This document shows, one piece after another, positions 14,468-27,240 of a DNA stretch of 64,000 bases. Positions within the stretch are counted from its first letter, which is position 1, and every line of letters starts with the position of its first letter. A model generated the notes under the pieces. That model had not been told where the DNA came from, did not search any database, and was given only the letters and a program-made list of their open reading frames with translations. The position numbers were made by a program, and so were the translations under genes. Source of the DNA: the human T2T-CHM13v2.0 reference genome, Homo sapiens; the NCBI RefSeq assembly GCF_009914755.1, contig NC_060936.1, one strand, 5' to 3'.

Positions 14468-17400
14468 CTGGCTTAGACGCTTGGTCACGACGTTCTCAGC
14501 AGATGTAAGCACCACCCAGCGGCGGTACCAGAGACTGGTTGTCTCTGCAGCCAGTCAAAGCCCCTTTCCTTCCTCAGGCTCAGAGTGGCCAGTACACGGA
14601 GCATGTTTTCAAGGCAGGTCCTAGGGTGGGTGGTGGTGATGGTGACTGTTCCACCTCACTGCCCCTGCCTGAAATCCTTGAAGAGGGGCCCGGAGTGGCA
14701 GACTCTGAGACCAAAGCTGGCAACAGGGCTGGAGGGTCCCGGGCACATCATACTGACATACCATGGCCCCCCTGCCCCCAGGGCCACATTGGGCCCTTCT
14801 GGCTGTCAGGGCCTTTGGCCGTGCACAAGGTGAACTTCCCAAAACAGAAAGTAGTGTCCACCCCAGAGCCCCGGCAGCAGCAGGCGCTTCGTATAGCATG
14901 GAGAAAGAAGGCAGAGAGGGGTGTCGCCTGAGGGGGAGGTGGTCAACACACCCCCAGGCGTCCCCTCCCTGCCCAGGCTGGCTCTGGCAGGGGGCGTGAC
15001 CTGAGGTTTTCTCCAACCCCCAGTGATCTCCACACGGGCATGAGATTCCACACCCTGTGTGAAGGCTCCGAGGGCTGAGGGCCAGTCCCTGCTCTCACTG
15101 CGGGGCCAGCATTGGCACCTGAGACGATGGGCCGGGCTGTTGCCAGGCTCGCTTGCTGCCTGAGCCCCTGCTCCAGGGGGGCCCGGCTGTCAGCCTGAAA
15201 TAAGCTAGGCTTCTGCACCACGCACATGTGCAGGGCAGCTGGCACCTGGCCCAGATGCCAGATTCCGTTCAACCTGGTGGGAGGGGGTGCCGAAGCTGCT
15301 GCTATCGGATGGTGCCCTGAGGGACACTTTGTTTCTGAACCTCAGCCTGAGCACTTGTTACAGAGATGGAGAACCATGGGACGCGGAGGACAGGGGGCTC
15401 CCAGCTCAGCTTTGCTTCTTTCTACCCGGCTGGGGTGGCAAGACAACAGCCATTATTGCTGACCAGCAAGCCTCTTAACCCTGCTGAGCCTCAATTTCCT
15501 CACCTGTAAAATGGGGGAAATACCTTTTTGTTGGAGTAACTGCAAGCGAATGTACTGACGGCAAGTAGCACGTTCTAAGTGCACAGCAGGCCCTCAGTAA
15601 GTACAAGGCATTCGCCAGACACCCCGCAGGTGGCCCTGCCTGGAGGGCTCCCGGGGTTGAGGCTAGACTGTCGGGGAGTGTGGCGGGGGAAAGAGAGGAA
15701 TGGGCACACACACTTCATCCCCTCCCCCAAGGCCAGGTTCCATCCCTGTCCACTCCCTGCCTCCCACCAACACTCGTCATGCGGGGGACACAGGGACGGA
15801 CGTACCCTTCTGTCTTGGTGTCCGCCCCTTGGGGAATGGTGGCATGGCGTGTGCAGGGTGTGGACGTGCTGGCCTGAGCTGTGTGGGATCCCAGTACCTG
15901 TTGCTTCTCTGCCCAGGCCCTGGTGGGCAGGAGGCTTTTGCCCTATACAGGACTGGTGATGACTTTCCACAGGCATGTCCTCTCTCTCCAAGGAACTCAA
16001 GACTGCTGGCCTCCAAGCAGGGGCCCGGGAGGACCTGCCCTGGGCATCCATCTCCACCCTGGGCAGCAGGAGGGCTACACCCAGCTGGGGCTGCATCCTG
16101 GGCTCTGGACTCCAGCCATTGTGCATTCCTAGGCAGAACCTGCCCTGTCTTGGGCCTCTGTTTCCTCCAACCCTGTCTCATCTCCCAGGCTGCTGGCCTG
16201 GACATGGAGGTCGTATTTCCAAGAAGCTCTGGGCTGTCCTACCACTTTCTGCAGCTTGGACCAGCCAATCTCCCCAACGGAAATCTGGGCTGGACAACCG
16301 CCAGTGCAGGAATCACAGCTAATCCTGCCTCCAGTCAGGCTGGCCCAACCCAACACATGGGGCTGGGGCCGACGGGGCAGGCTCTCCTGGGCTGCCACCT
16401 TTGTCTCCCATCCCTGCCAGGGCAGACAGGTCAAACCATAGCCCTCCTACCCACTGCTGCCTCTCTTGGTGCCCCACCAGGAAGAACAAGACCCTGGCCC
16501 AGCACGCTCCCTCTTTCTCAGCCCTCAGTCTGTAGGTCTTGTCAGTTGATATGCAGCACTTCAGAGCTCTGGGGAGTCACGATCAGTTTTCGATGATCTG
16601 CACGAAGCCCAGCTTGGAGGGCAGCAAGGATAATCACGTCACACTGTTTCTCTTGGCCGTGGAGCAGTCATTTCTGGGAAAGCTGGTTTTCCTTTTAATG
16701 AGTTCACATTGGCCACCCCAGGCCTTTCTAGGCAGAGGAGATAAACCAGCCCAGCCTCTCGGTAGCCCCTGGAGAATCCTCACAGTAGAGGCGGCAATCT
16801 GCCCCGAGAGGCTGGCTTTCTCTCTGTCCACGTGGGCACTTCCCGCTCTGAGGATACAGTTTCTGGACAGTTTAGGGCTGTGTTTGTGACCACAGTGAGG
16901 GGCCTTCAGGTCACTCCTGTGTACGGGAGCAAGCACACCCCTCCTCAGGGCCAGCCCAGGTCAGCAAGGGCTGTGCTCAGCAGGCTGGGAGCTGGAACAT
17001 GTGGAGAGACCAGGTGTGACCTCTCCCAGCCTCGGCCTTCGCATCACAAGGCGCTGTGCTTTAGGGGGAAGAGGGCCCACCTCTGGGGAGAAGTGCAGGA
17101 CCTGGGAGGTATGGAGGCCAGGCGTGGGGTTCCCGTGTTATGCTCAAGGTGCCCACTTGTAATAGCCATTTAGGGGGGTACCTATGGTTGTCGCAAAAGT
17201 TGATACCTACCCTTCATGAGACTGCCAGCATGAATACTCTGTATTTCATAGGATTTCCTCTCTGTTCTCCCTTAGTATTTGGGAAAGTTCTTCCTGAAAA
17301 CTCCCTGCCTAATTCAAGACAGATGCAAGACAGGACCAAAGGAAGGGACTCTATCCAGCCTGGGACGGGCGGAAAAAGGGAAGGAGAGCGAGACCCTCTG

Positions 17401-17597
17401 GAAGCAACACGGTGGTGGCCCCAGGGTTGGGGAGAGGGGCCCCAGGAAAAGTGAGGTTCGGGCAGATCCCCTGTATTCAGAGCTGCCCCTTCTCAGCCCT
17501 CCAACTCTGCAGGGCCTGTGATTTAGTCCACGCTGGGATGAGTTTTACACCCACCAACATTAAGAGCTGAAGATAGTTTTGAAACCAGGCATGCCTC

Positions 17598-17898
17598 AGC
17601 TGGGCGAAGTGGCTCACATCTGTAACCCCAGTACTATAGGAGGCCAGGGTGGGAGGATGGCTTGAGCCCAGGAATTTGAGGCCAGCCTGGGCAACATAGG
17701 GAGACCCCATCTCTACAAAAAGTTTAAAAAATTAGCCAGGTGTGGTGGTGCCTGCCTATCATCCCAGCTGGTCAGCAGGCTGAGCTGGGAGGATCGCTTG
17801 AGCCTGGGAGGTCAAGGCTGCAGTGAGCCCTGGTCACGCCACTACCCTCCAGCCTGGATGACAGAGCAAGACCCTGCCTCAAAAACAAAAACAAAAAA
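17598..17898 (+). mobile_element. AluJ-type SINE
   Basis: Dimer with GCTTGAGCCCAGGA and GGTCAAGGCTGCAGTGAGC, AAAAAC tail. Confidence 0.92.
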
Positions 17899-18683
17899 CC
17901 CACTGGCATTCCTGAGAATCAGGCCCCAGACCAGGAGATCCCCGAGGGGCATATTACTATAGAGGCCGGGGCTTGGAGCCAGGGTCTCCCAGAGGGGTTT
18001 CTCTTGGGAAAGCCACTAGGCAGGGTGCAGGGCTCTGCTCCTGGTGCAGCATGTGCTAGTGTGGCCAGCATACCCCACATCCCTGCCCTGGCAGCTCCAC
18101 CCAGCCTGTGACTGCCCTGCCTCTGGCCTCCCCACCTCCAGGCCCTGCAGGAAGGAGTGAGGCCAGCAGGACACGGCTTTCCAGGTGAGGCAGTGTGGGG
18201 AGTAGGCAGGTTGAAGGGCTAGCTAGGTCATCTAGGGGAAGAGCCACTCCTACCTGTCCCACCCCATGCATTTCCCAGAGGGGACAGCAAAGCGAGGGCT
18301 TCTGAGCACTGGTGGGGATCCTGCCCAGAATGCAGGCATCCCAGGGGACCCGGGTTTTCAGCCTTGTCCCAGGTTTGGGAGCTGGGAGGGAGCAGAGGGC
18401 CCAAATATCACCCTCCTGTGGTCCCCGGCACCCCCGTGCCTGGTGAGGGTCCTTCTCCTGCCAAGGCTCTGGCTGTGAGGGCTCAGAAATGGAGGGGAGG
18501 GGGCTGAGGGTCCCCGCCTAGGTGGGGAGCCATGGTCTAAGGCACTTGGTGCATTTGCAGGGGCTGGACACAGAGGAGGGGGCATCTGTGGCCCTAGTGG
18601 AGCTGGTGCTAATGCTGCAGGCCTGGCAGGTGGATGTGGCGCCTGTCCTTCGAAGGGCAGTTGGCAGGGGACGCAGTTGACCA

Positions 18684-18742
18684 TGAGTAAAAATGTCGCT
18701 GGAGCCTCGGTGCAAGCAGCAGATGAGACCCATCCTGCAGGT
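18684..18742 (-). pseudogene. TSPAN11-like CE7: TCRMGLICCLH / RLQRHFY, stop position reads TCA
   Basis: Matches recalled C-terminus ICGMVLTCCLHQRLQRHFY with a 1-nt deletion; upstream pyrimidine tract kept but the acceptor AG is missing. Confidence 0.9.
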
Positions 18743-18864
18743 GGAGAGGGCAAAGGAGCAAAGAGAGATCAGAACTCCCTGAGGCTGTCAGCCATCAGGG
18801 CTCTGGAGCAGTGCTGCTCATGCCCAGTGCACATGTGAGTCCCCTGGGGCCTGGAGAAAGGGCA

Positions 18865-19095
18865 GCTTCCCGCTTAGGTTGGGGTGGGGCCTGCGGTTCC
18901 ACACTTCTAACAAGCTCCCAGGTGATGCCCGTGAAAGTGGGGGAGCCGCACTCCAAGAACTACTGTCCAAGAGCAGGGTGTCACACACTTTAATGGACAT
19001 AAACCACCCGGGGACCCCCTTATTACAAGTTTGCAGGCCTGGGTGGGGGCCTAAGGGTCTTCGTTCCTAACAAGCTCCCCGTCGATGCTGTGGGT
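18865..19095. mobile_element. Two MER5-like fragments
   Basis: Two copies of GGGTGGGGGCCT...CTAACAAGCTCCC..GATGC. Confidence 0.55.
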
Positions 19096-21771
19096 CTGTG
19101 GTCCTAGGGCTTCTCCAGAAATGGCCTAGTTTAATGAGATCCCGAGTGAGTATTTCTGCTCCCTCATCAGAGCTGTCTGAAGCCGCCTTCTTCTCTGGGA
19201 AACGGCCTGTATTTTGCTGCCCTCAGACTCCGGAACAAAACTCAGGTCCGTTATGGATGCTCTGCCATGTGCAAGAGCCATGGGGGAAACGGAGACTCTG
19301 GGAGGAGCCCCTAGAGCTGTCATCAGCTCTGACAGTGAGCACAGAAGGCAGCGCCAAGCCCAGCCGCAGGAGTCCCGCCTGCCAGCCCCTCTGTCGGCAA
19401 CCAGGGGCCGAACAGGAAGGGGCTGGAGCATCCTACCCAAAGCACGCGCAGGCTTGGGAAGGTCGCTGTCCGCCCCGTCTCACTTCCCATTTCTAAAACA
19501 CAGAGGACCTTTATTCTCCCACCTTGCTCTTCATGGACACCCCCTGCCCCCCGCCACCTTCTTCTTCCTCTCCTCCCTCCCACTCAAGGATGCACTGGGA
19601 TAATGTCATCATGATCCTGATAATGATGATGACCTGTTGTCAGGTCTCGACTCTGTCTGCAGGAGAGGGGCACTGGGCTAGAGCAGCCCCGTGAATGTCC
19701 CGTGCCACCTGGGGTGACAGTAGATTCCCCTAAGTATAGAAACAACACCCCGACTTTCCCCAATGTTTCCAGCTGCTGCTGCCGCCCTGACCTTGCGAAT
19801 CTGGATGTAGAGGGCAGGCTGGTGGAGGTGCCTGTGGGCCGTACCCACTTGTCTCTCAGCAAGGCTAGTGAAGAAGGTAGCTTCTTCCCCTCCTCTCTCC
19901 TCTCCATCCCTCCAAACCTGGAGGGCAGCAGGGAGTGTGACCACTGCCTTCAGCTTGGAGACTCGGTGCTGAGGGCTCTGTTAATCCACCTCGGGGCCTC
20001 AGGGTCACAGCTGAAATGTGGCTTAGGAGGTTATTTCATGTCCCACCAGCTTAAGCAAGTGGCTGTCACAGCCCCTCCACCCACGTAGGTGTTATGCGGC
20101 ATGCCCTCTTCCCCTGTCCCCACCTCATGGGTTGATGATTTTCCTGTGCACTTTCTGGATCTTTCTGATCCATGCTAAGGGGGAGGCCAGAAGGGAGCTG
20201 TTAGGCCAGCACAGATTTGTGCTGTAAGCAAAATTCACGTCTCGTACAGTGTACATCTGATGCTGGGGGAGGACAGGAGGAGCTAGGCTCTCAAGAGACA
20301 CACTTCTGCATGAGATGTGTGTTCCCAGGGTGCTCCCAGGAGAGGTCCAATAAGGGTGGAGGTGTATGGGCCAGACTCATCAATGTGGGTCCACATGCAC
20401 ACACACACGCGCACACCCCCACCCTGAATCGTGCAGAGGGCACAGGATACTGACCCGCCGGATCCCTGAGTAAGCATCAGCATCTCTCTCCTGACAGAAG
20501 ACGCGAAGAAACCAGCACGGAATGGCTCCAGGCAGCCAGCAGGGGGCGAGCAGAGACAAGACAGGACAAGTTCCCTGCAGGTGCTGGAGAAGGCCAACCG
20601 GGTTGGGCCGGGCCCTGGGGCCCAGCTGCATGGTGTCTGGTGCTTTTTTTCGGCAGCTGCCTGGGTGTGGCACTCGGCCACACGTGGGACATTTTTTTTT
20701 TAACAGGGAAGTCGTCATGCCTTCAGCTTCTTATGAGGTTTCTGAGTCAGCTCCTGGCTGTCATCAGAGAACACGAAGGAGGGGCCAGGGAAGTTCCAGG
20801 AAGTCATTCCAAAGTGATTGCTTGGTTTCCCTTTTCACGACCTGCAGATCCCAACACTCCAGGATGGTGCAGGACATCAGTCTCAAGGTAATTGGTCACA
20901 GAGGTGAGAACCTTACTGAAAAATCAGAATGTGAACCCTGGAAGGTTCCTGAAAGATGAGCTAGACGGTTTTGAAACTGTATTGGGAATCCCAAGTGTAG
21001 CTCAAGGCTACTGGTCTTCGAGGTACCAGGCTGGGTATGTCGGGGAGGTAGGTGCCTGGTGTCTGCCTGCTGGCGACGATGACTGCGAGCCCTTTCTCAA
21101 GACTTCGGCCCACCTGGGTCTTGGGCAATGTAGTGCCCAGCATCGGCCGCGAGAGGGAGCTCTAACCTGAGACTTGGCGGCCGCAGGGCTGGCTCAGTGG
21201 ACCGCAGGGGAGAAAACAGGGCAAGGGGTTGAGCGCCATCAGGAGCCATTCCACAGTGACCATGGAGGAGCAGAGACTGCATGGTGGGGGTTGTGAGTGG
21301 GGAGAAAGCGTCCACTCACCTGAAAGCCCAACGACCTGGTCTCCTCGGCATCAGACTTACACAGCAGTTCCATCCACCTTGACCTTAGGGCTCAGGGCAT
21401 CTGCAGCCCTACTGCCGGCCCTCGGCCTCACTGCCCTCATCTGGCAGCTTCTATGTGCTCTCGGGGCTGGAGAGGTCAGGAAGAAATAGACAGAGTGGGC
21501 CAGGCTTGGTCGGAGTCCATACAGAGCAGGCCCCCTCTGCACGGGGAGTCACAGATTTCTGGAAACCTCAGCTGAGCCTGGTGCAGTGGCACAGAGCAGC
21601 CCTGCCCCAGTTCCCAGTGGTGACTCCTCTGGGGTTCAGCACATGGGACAGAAGACCTGCCCTGGGGAGGTGCAAAAGAGCGGCAATGCTAACGCCACCT
21701 GGGCTCCCTGGCCCTGCAGGTGAGTGAGGATGAAGGGGAGCAGGCTGGTCTGGCCAGGGAGAAACTGGGGC

Positions 21772-21798
21772 TTTTTTTTTTTTTTTTTTTTTTTTTTT
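21772..21798. repeat. Poly(T)27
   Basis: Direct read; followed by GAGAGACAG. Confidence 0.9.
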
Positions 21799-22910
21799 GA
21801 GAGACAGTGTGCCCTTGCAGAGAGAATACAAATGATGGTGTCACATGTTGAGCACCTGCTATCTGCTCAGCAGTGAGCCAGACACTTCCATGGGTGTTGC
21901 TAATTCCCATCACCAGCTACCAGATGAGGTCCGGTCAGCCCCATTTCACAAATCAGTGACTGAGGCTCAGAGATGAAATAAATGGCCCTAGGTCACACAA
22001 CTTGCAGGTGGCAGAACCAAGGTGAGTGTCCCTCCAAAGGCTAGAGACCCTCCTCCCAGCATGTTAGGCTGTAGCTGGACCCTCCAGGCCCACAGACCAT
22101 GTGGGTAGCTGGCACCATCATCTGAAAGGACCCTATGCTGGGAGTCTCTCCAAGCCAGCCAAGGCCACCATCCCTTGCTTCTCTTTCCCACAGACCTCTG
22201 AGTCGGGGTAGGGAGTTTGCGAAAGCGAAGGGCCAATATCAGGAGATCGGGGCGCCATTTCAGGGGGTGAGACCCTGGGCAAGTTGCCTCTCTGGGTCTC
22301 AACTTTCTGATCTGTAAAGTGAGAACGCTACTCGTTGTCTGGCCTGGGTCTCAGGTTGTTGTATGGACCCAGTGAGAGGAAGTATCGGAAATCCTCTGAA
22401 GTCTGCGGACAGCTGGATAAAGGCTTACGGAGGCTTTCATTTGTGCCATGTGCTGTAAGTGGGTCACAGGCATCACCTTATTCTTATTTAGACCTTAGGA
22501 GGTTGAAGAAATTATTCACATTTTGCAGATGAAGGGTTGAGGGATAGGGAAGTTAAGTAGCTCGAGGTCACACAGGAGCAAAGCCAGGACTGGACTCAGG
22601 TCTTCTGAGGCCTAAGCACTACTCTTCCTCTTCCCTAGACGGTGCTCATAGCACTGGACGGGGAAGGGCTGGGTAGGACAGCAGGACTGCTGGGCCCCTT
22701 CTAGAAGGACAGCCTACACTTGCGGGGGCTCTCACCTCTGAGGATTCCTTCCTGGCTCCCCTCCCTTGGACCCTTGACTACAGCAGCCTGAGAGAGTGAC
22801 CTTGACTTCCTGGGTGGCAGCAGGGGGACTGGGTGGAAGGGAGAAATGGGAGCCAAGGGCATTGCTTATCCTCAGGGAGAGAGCTGGATGTACACAGGGG
22901 AATGTGTGTG

Positions 22911-22958
22911 CACAAGCACACGCACACGCACGCGCACGCACACACACGCACACGCGCA
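22911..22958. repeat. (CA/CACG)n microsatellite
   Basis: Direct read. Confidence 0.85.
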
Positions 22959-22964
22959 CTTATA

Positions 22965-23256
22965 TACAGTTGTTCTGGATTCCAAAATCCACTGATGCTC
23001 AAGTCCCTGATATAAAATGGTGCAGTATTTGCATGTGACGTCTGCACATCCTCCCACATTCTTTAAATCATCTCTAGATTACTTGTAATTCCTAATACAA
23101 TCCACATGCTATGTAAATCGTTGTCACGCTGTATTGTTTAGGGGGTAATGACAAGGATGTTCAGTGCAGACATAACCATCCTTTTTGTTAGTACTTTTAT
23201 TCCATGGTTGGTTGAATCCAAGGATACAGAACCTGTGGATATGGAGGGCTGATGGT
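22965..23256. mobile_element. MER2-like (TcMar-Tigger) DNA transposon
   Basis: CCAAAATCCACTGATGCTCAAGTCCCTGATATAAAATGG...TTGGTTGAATCC...GGATATGGAGGGC. Confidence 0.8.
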
Positions 23257-23343
23257 ACACACACACACACACACCCACACACACACACACACACACCCAC
23301 AGACACAGACACACACACACAGACACAGACGCAGACACACACA
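23257..23343. repeat. Interrupted (CA)n microsatellite
   Basis: Direct read. Confidence 0.92.
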
Positions 23344-23754
23344 GGAATGAATGCAGATATGTACACACTCACACATGCACAAGCACCCTAAACACACACA
23401 GTGCATACCACCCCACCCACATAGACCCGGGAACATGGGGACCCCCACGGACCCACACACACCACGGCAGGCTTGCACACTGACCCCCACATGCACACAC
23501 TCAAGGTGCATGCCCGTACCTGAGCCCACATCCACACTCCTCCCAGGCCCCTGTTCCTGACAAGTTAATGTTGTCCCTCAGGCATCTTCCTTCATGTTCT
23601 CTGGGGGAGAGACTGACTGTGGGAATCAGCCTTGGTTGCAAAGGGAAGCTGAGAGAAGAGAGCAGCGCAGGGCACGGACATGCCAGCCCAGTTACTGGAG
23701 ATATCTGCCGCTGGAGACGGGTTCAGAGCCTAGTTTAATATCCCGAGTGAGTAT

Positions 23755-23809
23755 TTCCTCCTAATCTCCCAACTGCAACATACCTTCCTCCTAATCTCCC
23801 AACTGCAAC
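23755..23809. repeat. 30-bp-period tandem duplication next to the CE6 donor
   Basis: TTCCTCCTAATCTCCCAACTGCAAC at 23755-23779 and 23785-23809. Confidence 0.92.
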
Positions 23810-23813
23810 TCAC

Positions 23814-23880
23814 CTCCAGGCAGGCCACCCTGATGCCCATCGCCCCCATGAGTAGCAGGTAGCTTGGTGAGGCAGCCTCC
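23814..23880 (-). pseudogene. TSPAN11-like CE6: GGCLTKL / HLLLMGAMGIRVACLE with 20-nt deletion
   Basis: TTGCAG acceptor, GTGAGT donor, 67 nt versus 87 expected. Confidence 0.92.
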
Positions 23881-24258
23881 CTGCAAGGGAAGGGCAGGTG
23901 TCATGGCTTTGGCTCAGAAGCAGGCACAGGTGGGGAGGAAGGGCTGGCCGTCCCGGTGCATATGGCAGAGGCAGAGGGTGGACCAGAGGACTCATGGGCT
24001 GGACCTGGCCTTGAGTGGCTCACAGGTTTCGTGGGTGGCCCCAGGAGCATGCCATGGTGCCCTGGACTCTCTCAGCAGGAGCTGCTTGTCCCAGGGCTTT
24101 GTAGAGCGTCTGAGGGGCCTGGCACTGTGGGCTCATGGCCAAGAATCATGTGTGCTCTGCTATTCCCACACCCATCTGCCTGACCCCAGCCCTTTGGGGG
24201 CTCCTGGAGGCCAGGCTGGGGCCCTTTCCTTGTCCCCAGCTTGCGCTGGGGCACTTAC

Positions 24259-24414
24259 CACCCCCTTGCAGATGTTGGAGGGGTGGGCCGGCTGGCTGCA
24301 GAGCGCCACCACTGCCTTGCAGCCGCTGTCGGGCACTGGTGGCTCTCACCTCCCACGACAGCAGGTACGTGCTGCGCTGCCAGTCGCTGAGCTATTGCAT
24401 CCGTAGCACTTGAA
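24259..24414 (-). pseudogene. TSPAN11-like CE5 (EC2 core): FKCYGCNSSA/DWQRSTYLLSWE/ESHQ/PDSGCKAVVALCSQPAHPSNICKGV
   Basis: CTGCAG acceptor, GTAAGT donor, 156 nt with three single-base deletions; CCG->CYG and PDSCC->PDSGC; TGA at 24346-24348 in the shifted frame. Confidence 0.93.
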
Positions 24415-26442
24415 CTGCAGGGGGAGGCAGAGGCTGGAGGTGAGAAGCCTGTGTGGGGTTCCAGGGCCGACGACACAGGATTCAAATACCCAACCCCTCT
24501 TTGCTCTCCCTGCGATTTCTGCCTTCCCTGTTTGAGCAGAGAGCTGGTCTCTGGGGGCCAGCACTGCCCGCAGGACACCTATCTGCTACCTGCAGTCACC
24601 CAGGTCCTTTAAGGAGATTATGCTGGGTGTCCTGGGGGCAGGGTAGGTCTGTGAGGTGGGCAAGATGGAGGGGGGGGTCCCCAGAGAGGGGGGCTGTGTA
24701 CTGCTGCCTGACAGAACGCAGGCTGGTGACAAGCCACAAGGGGCAAGGAGGCCCTGGTCATCCAGGAGGCAGGACACGGGGACAGGGACCAGCCTTGCCA
24801 GGGGTTCCCAGGTGAAACCTCAGAGCCCCAGACATGCAGGGACACAAAGGGTGTCCCAGAGTCCACGGTGTGGGCAGGTCAGTGTTGGCCAGAGGGGCCG
24901 GTGTGAATGCTGAGTGAGGCCCGGGGTCGTCGGCACCACTCCAGGGCAGGAAAGTGCCAGCCAGGGTGGAAAGCAATTCAAAGGCAGCGGACTCAGGCCA
25001 CTTCCTGCCCTTCTGAGTCAGGGCCCTGAGACTCCAAGTCCCTACACGGGCCACAGAACACAGCGGCTGGGAGGCTGTCTCTGGTGTGGGAATGGGGCTG
25101 GGTGGGCGGAGCGGTATTAGTTCATTAGTTCAGCTACCAGCGTTTTGCTAGGTTTGCCATGTGCCTGGAGTGAACAAACATGAGTCAGGCACCAGTCCTG
25201 CCCTGAAGTAGTGTAGCATTTACTGTAGTTTAGTAGAAGACAATGGAAGCTTGTGTGTGAACCCCAGAGAAGGAAGGGGTGAATCCTCTGTCCAGGGCTA
25301 GGAAACGTCCACAGGGATGGACGGGGGTGCTGGGCGTCCTGGCCGAACATAACTGCAGCAGACAGGGCAGGGACTGGCGCAGCGAGGGCAGGGAGTCACG
25401 CGGCCTCACACATCCCTGTGTCTCTGTCTGTGTGTGCTGGCGCCGCACGACTGCTGGGCCACTTGCTTGTAAAATGGGGCCAACAAAAGGACCTGCGCCC
25501 TGGGCCATCGTGCGGACTGAAAGAGGTGATTCATGGAAAGCAATTAGAAGAGAGCCTGGCGCAGCACCCGCAGTTAATGAGAGACACTTTTGTGATCATC
25601 GTCGTGTGAATGCAGGTGCGCGTGCCCGTGTCATTTACATCCATGGGGTGCTGCTGGGAGGCCTGACGCTAGCCCTGGCTCTGCAGCCACTGCTTTCTGG
25701 GGGTCGGTCTCCTGCCTGAGATGCAGGTTGGGGTTCTAACTGTTCCCGGCCTGTGTGAGGGCCTGCGTTCGCGTGCACTGGTGCCCTGCAGGTCTTGGTC
25801 GGTGACACCGCCTCTGCTCTTAGCGGTACCTTTCCTCGTGCCACTCCCACCCCTCCACCTAAGCAAACCCTGCCCCTGCCCCACGGAGCCCTCCCCCCCT
25901 CCCCTGCTCCCTATTCTGGGGGTGCCCCAGCCTCACACTGTCTGCACGTTGCCTGCTGTGTGTCTGGCTTTCTGAGCGAGCCCGCGGGTGGGATTCTGTC
26001 CTATTCTTGTCTCGCCCAGGTCCTCACAGGCGCGGCCCAGTGACTGCACACTTAGTCTTGCACAGGGCTGACCAGTGGTGTGTGCTGCCCCATCCCAGTC
26101 CAGGGCTAAGTCTGTGGGGTACACGTGTGCCTGTGGGTGTGCACCTGTGTATACACGTGTGCCCTAGGCCACTATTTCAGAAAAGAGACCCCTCTGCCAA
26201 CTGGGAGCTGAGCCTGAGTCTTGGGGAGATGGGGTGAGGGCTTCCGCACTGAGCCATGATGCCCCTGGATCTTGGAGCTCATGACGTCTATGTCTTCCAC
26301 TTGCCTGACGTTCCCTGGGCCAAGACCAAGGCCCCAGGCCCAGGGGGTGAGGGTGGGGAGTGGGGTGGCAGAGAGAGGGGGACCAGAGCAGGTGGGTAGA
26401 GCAGACTTGGATTTTCTGACACAAACCCATCAGGATCTGGAA

Positions 26443-26634
26443 CAGTGGCGTCCAGGAGAACTTTCTGCGATGGAGGCAGCGTCCTGCATCTGTGCTGCCC
26501 AGCTCCGCGTTCACTCACCATCTGGGGCTCCTGAGTGCCTGAAATGTGGTTGGTGCGAGCAAGGAACTGGATTTTGTTTAATTTAACTGTAAATAGCCAC
26601 ATGTGGGCGGTGGCTGCCGTATTGGACAGCACAG
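26443..26634. mobile_element. MER3 hAT-Charlie element
   Basis: AGAACTTTCTGCGATG...TGAAATGTGG...AAATAGCCACATGTGG...CGTATTGGACAGCACAG. Confidence 0.82.
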
Positions 26635-27240
26635 CTCTGAGGTCCACTGCCCGCCCCCTATGTCTGGCAGGATGGTGGGCCTCGCTGGAGGGATCTGCCG
26701 CATCTTTTCTTGGAAAGGAGACCACCTTTCTGTCCCTCAGCATCCTGCCTGCTGGCTCACAACTGGGGAGTTCTGTTGGTGGCTTAGCTGAAATACCCCC
26801 GTCGGGTAGCGCTCCCTTTTATGGGGCTTCAGCTCCCCGCTCCCCAGGGAAGAAGGAAGGCAGCCTTACAGACAGGAGAAACCCGGAGAGAGGCTTCCTG
26901 GCCCAGATCCTGGCAGGAGATGGAGTTCTCCTGGTACTGCCAGCTTCCTGCCCACCAGGACCCAGAACGGGAAGACAGCAGGGGTGGGTTTGGAGGAGGG
27001 AGTCAAGGAGAGGGAGGGAGAGGAACCAGGCTTCAGCAGGCACTTCTCACGGTGGTAGGGACTTTACAGGTGTGACCGAATTTAATGCTCACATACCCTA
27101 AAGAGGCTTCATTTTAGGGATGTGGCAACCGAGGCTCAGAGAGGGTAAGTAACTTGCCAGGGCCACACAGACAGGAAAGAAGAGAGTCAGGATTTGAACC
27201 TGTGTCTGCTTGGCCTTCAAGGCCATAGGGCATGGTGTAC

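Noticed and set aside
15700-16596. Longest ORF in the track (298 aa, +)
   Set aside because: Composition typical of random GC-rich DNA, no recognisable domain or splice structure, antisense to the putative pseudogene UTR.
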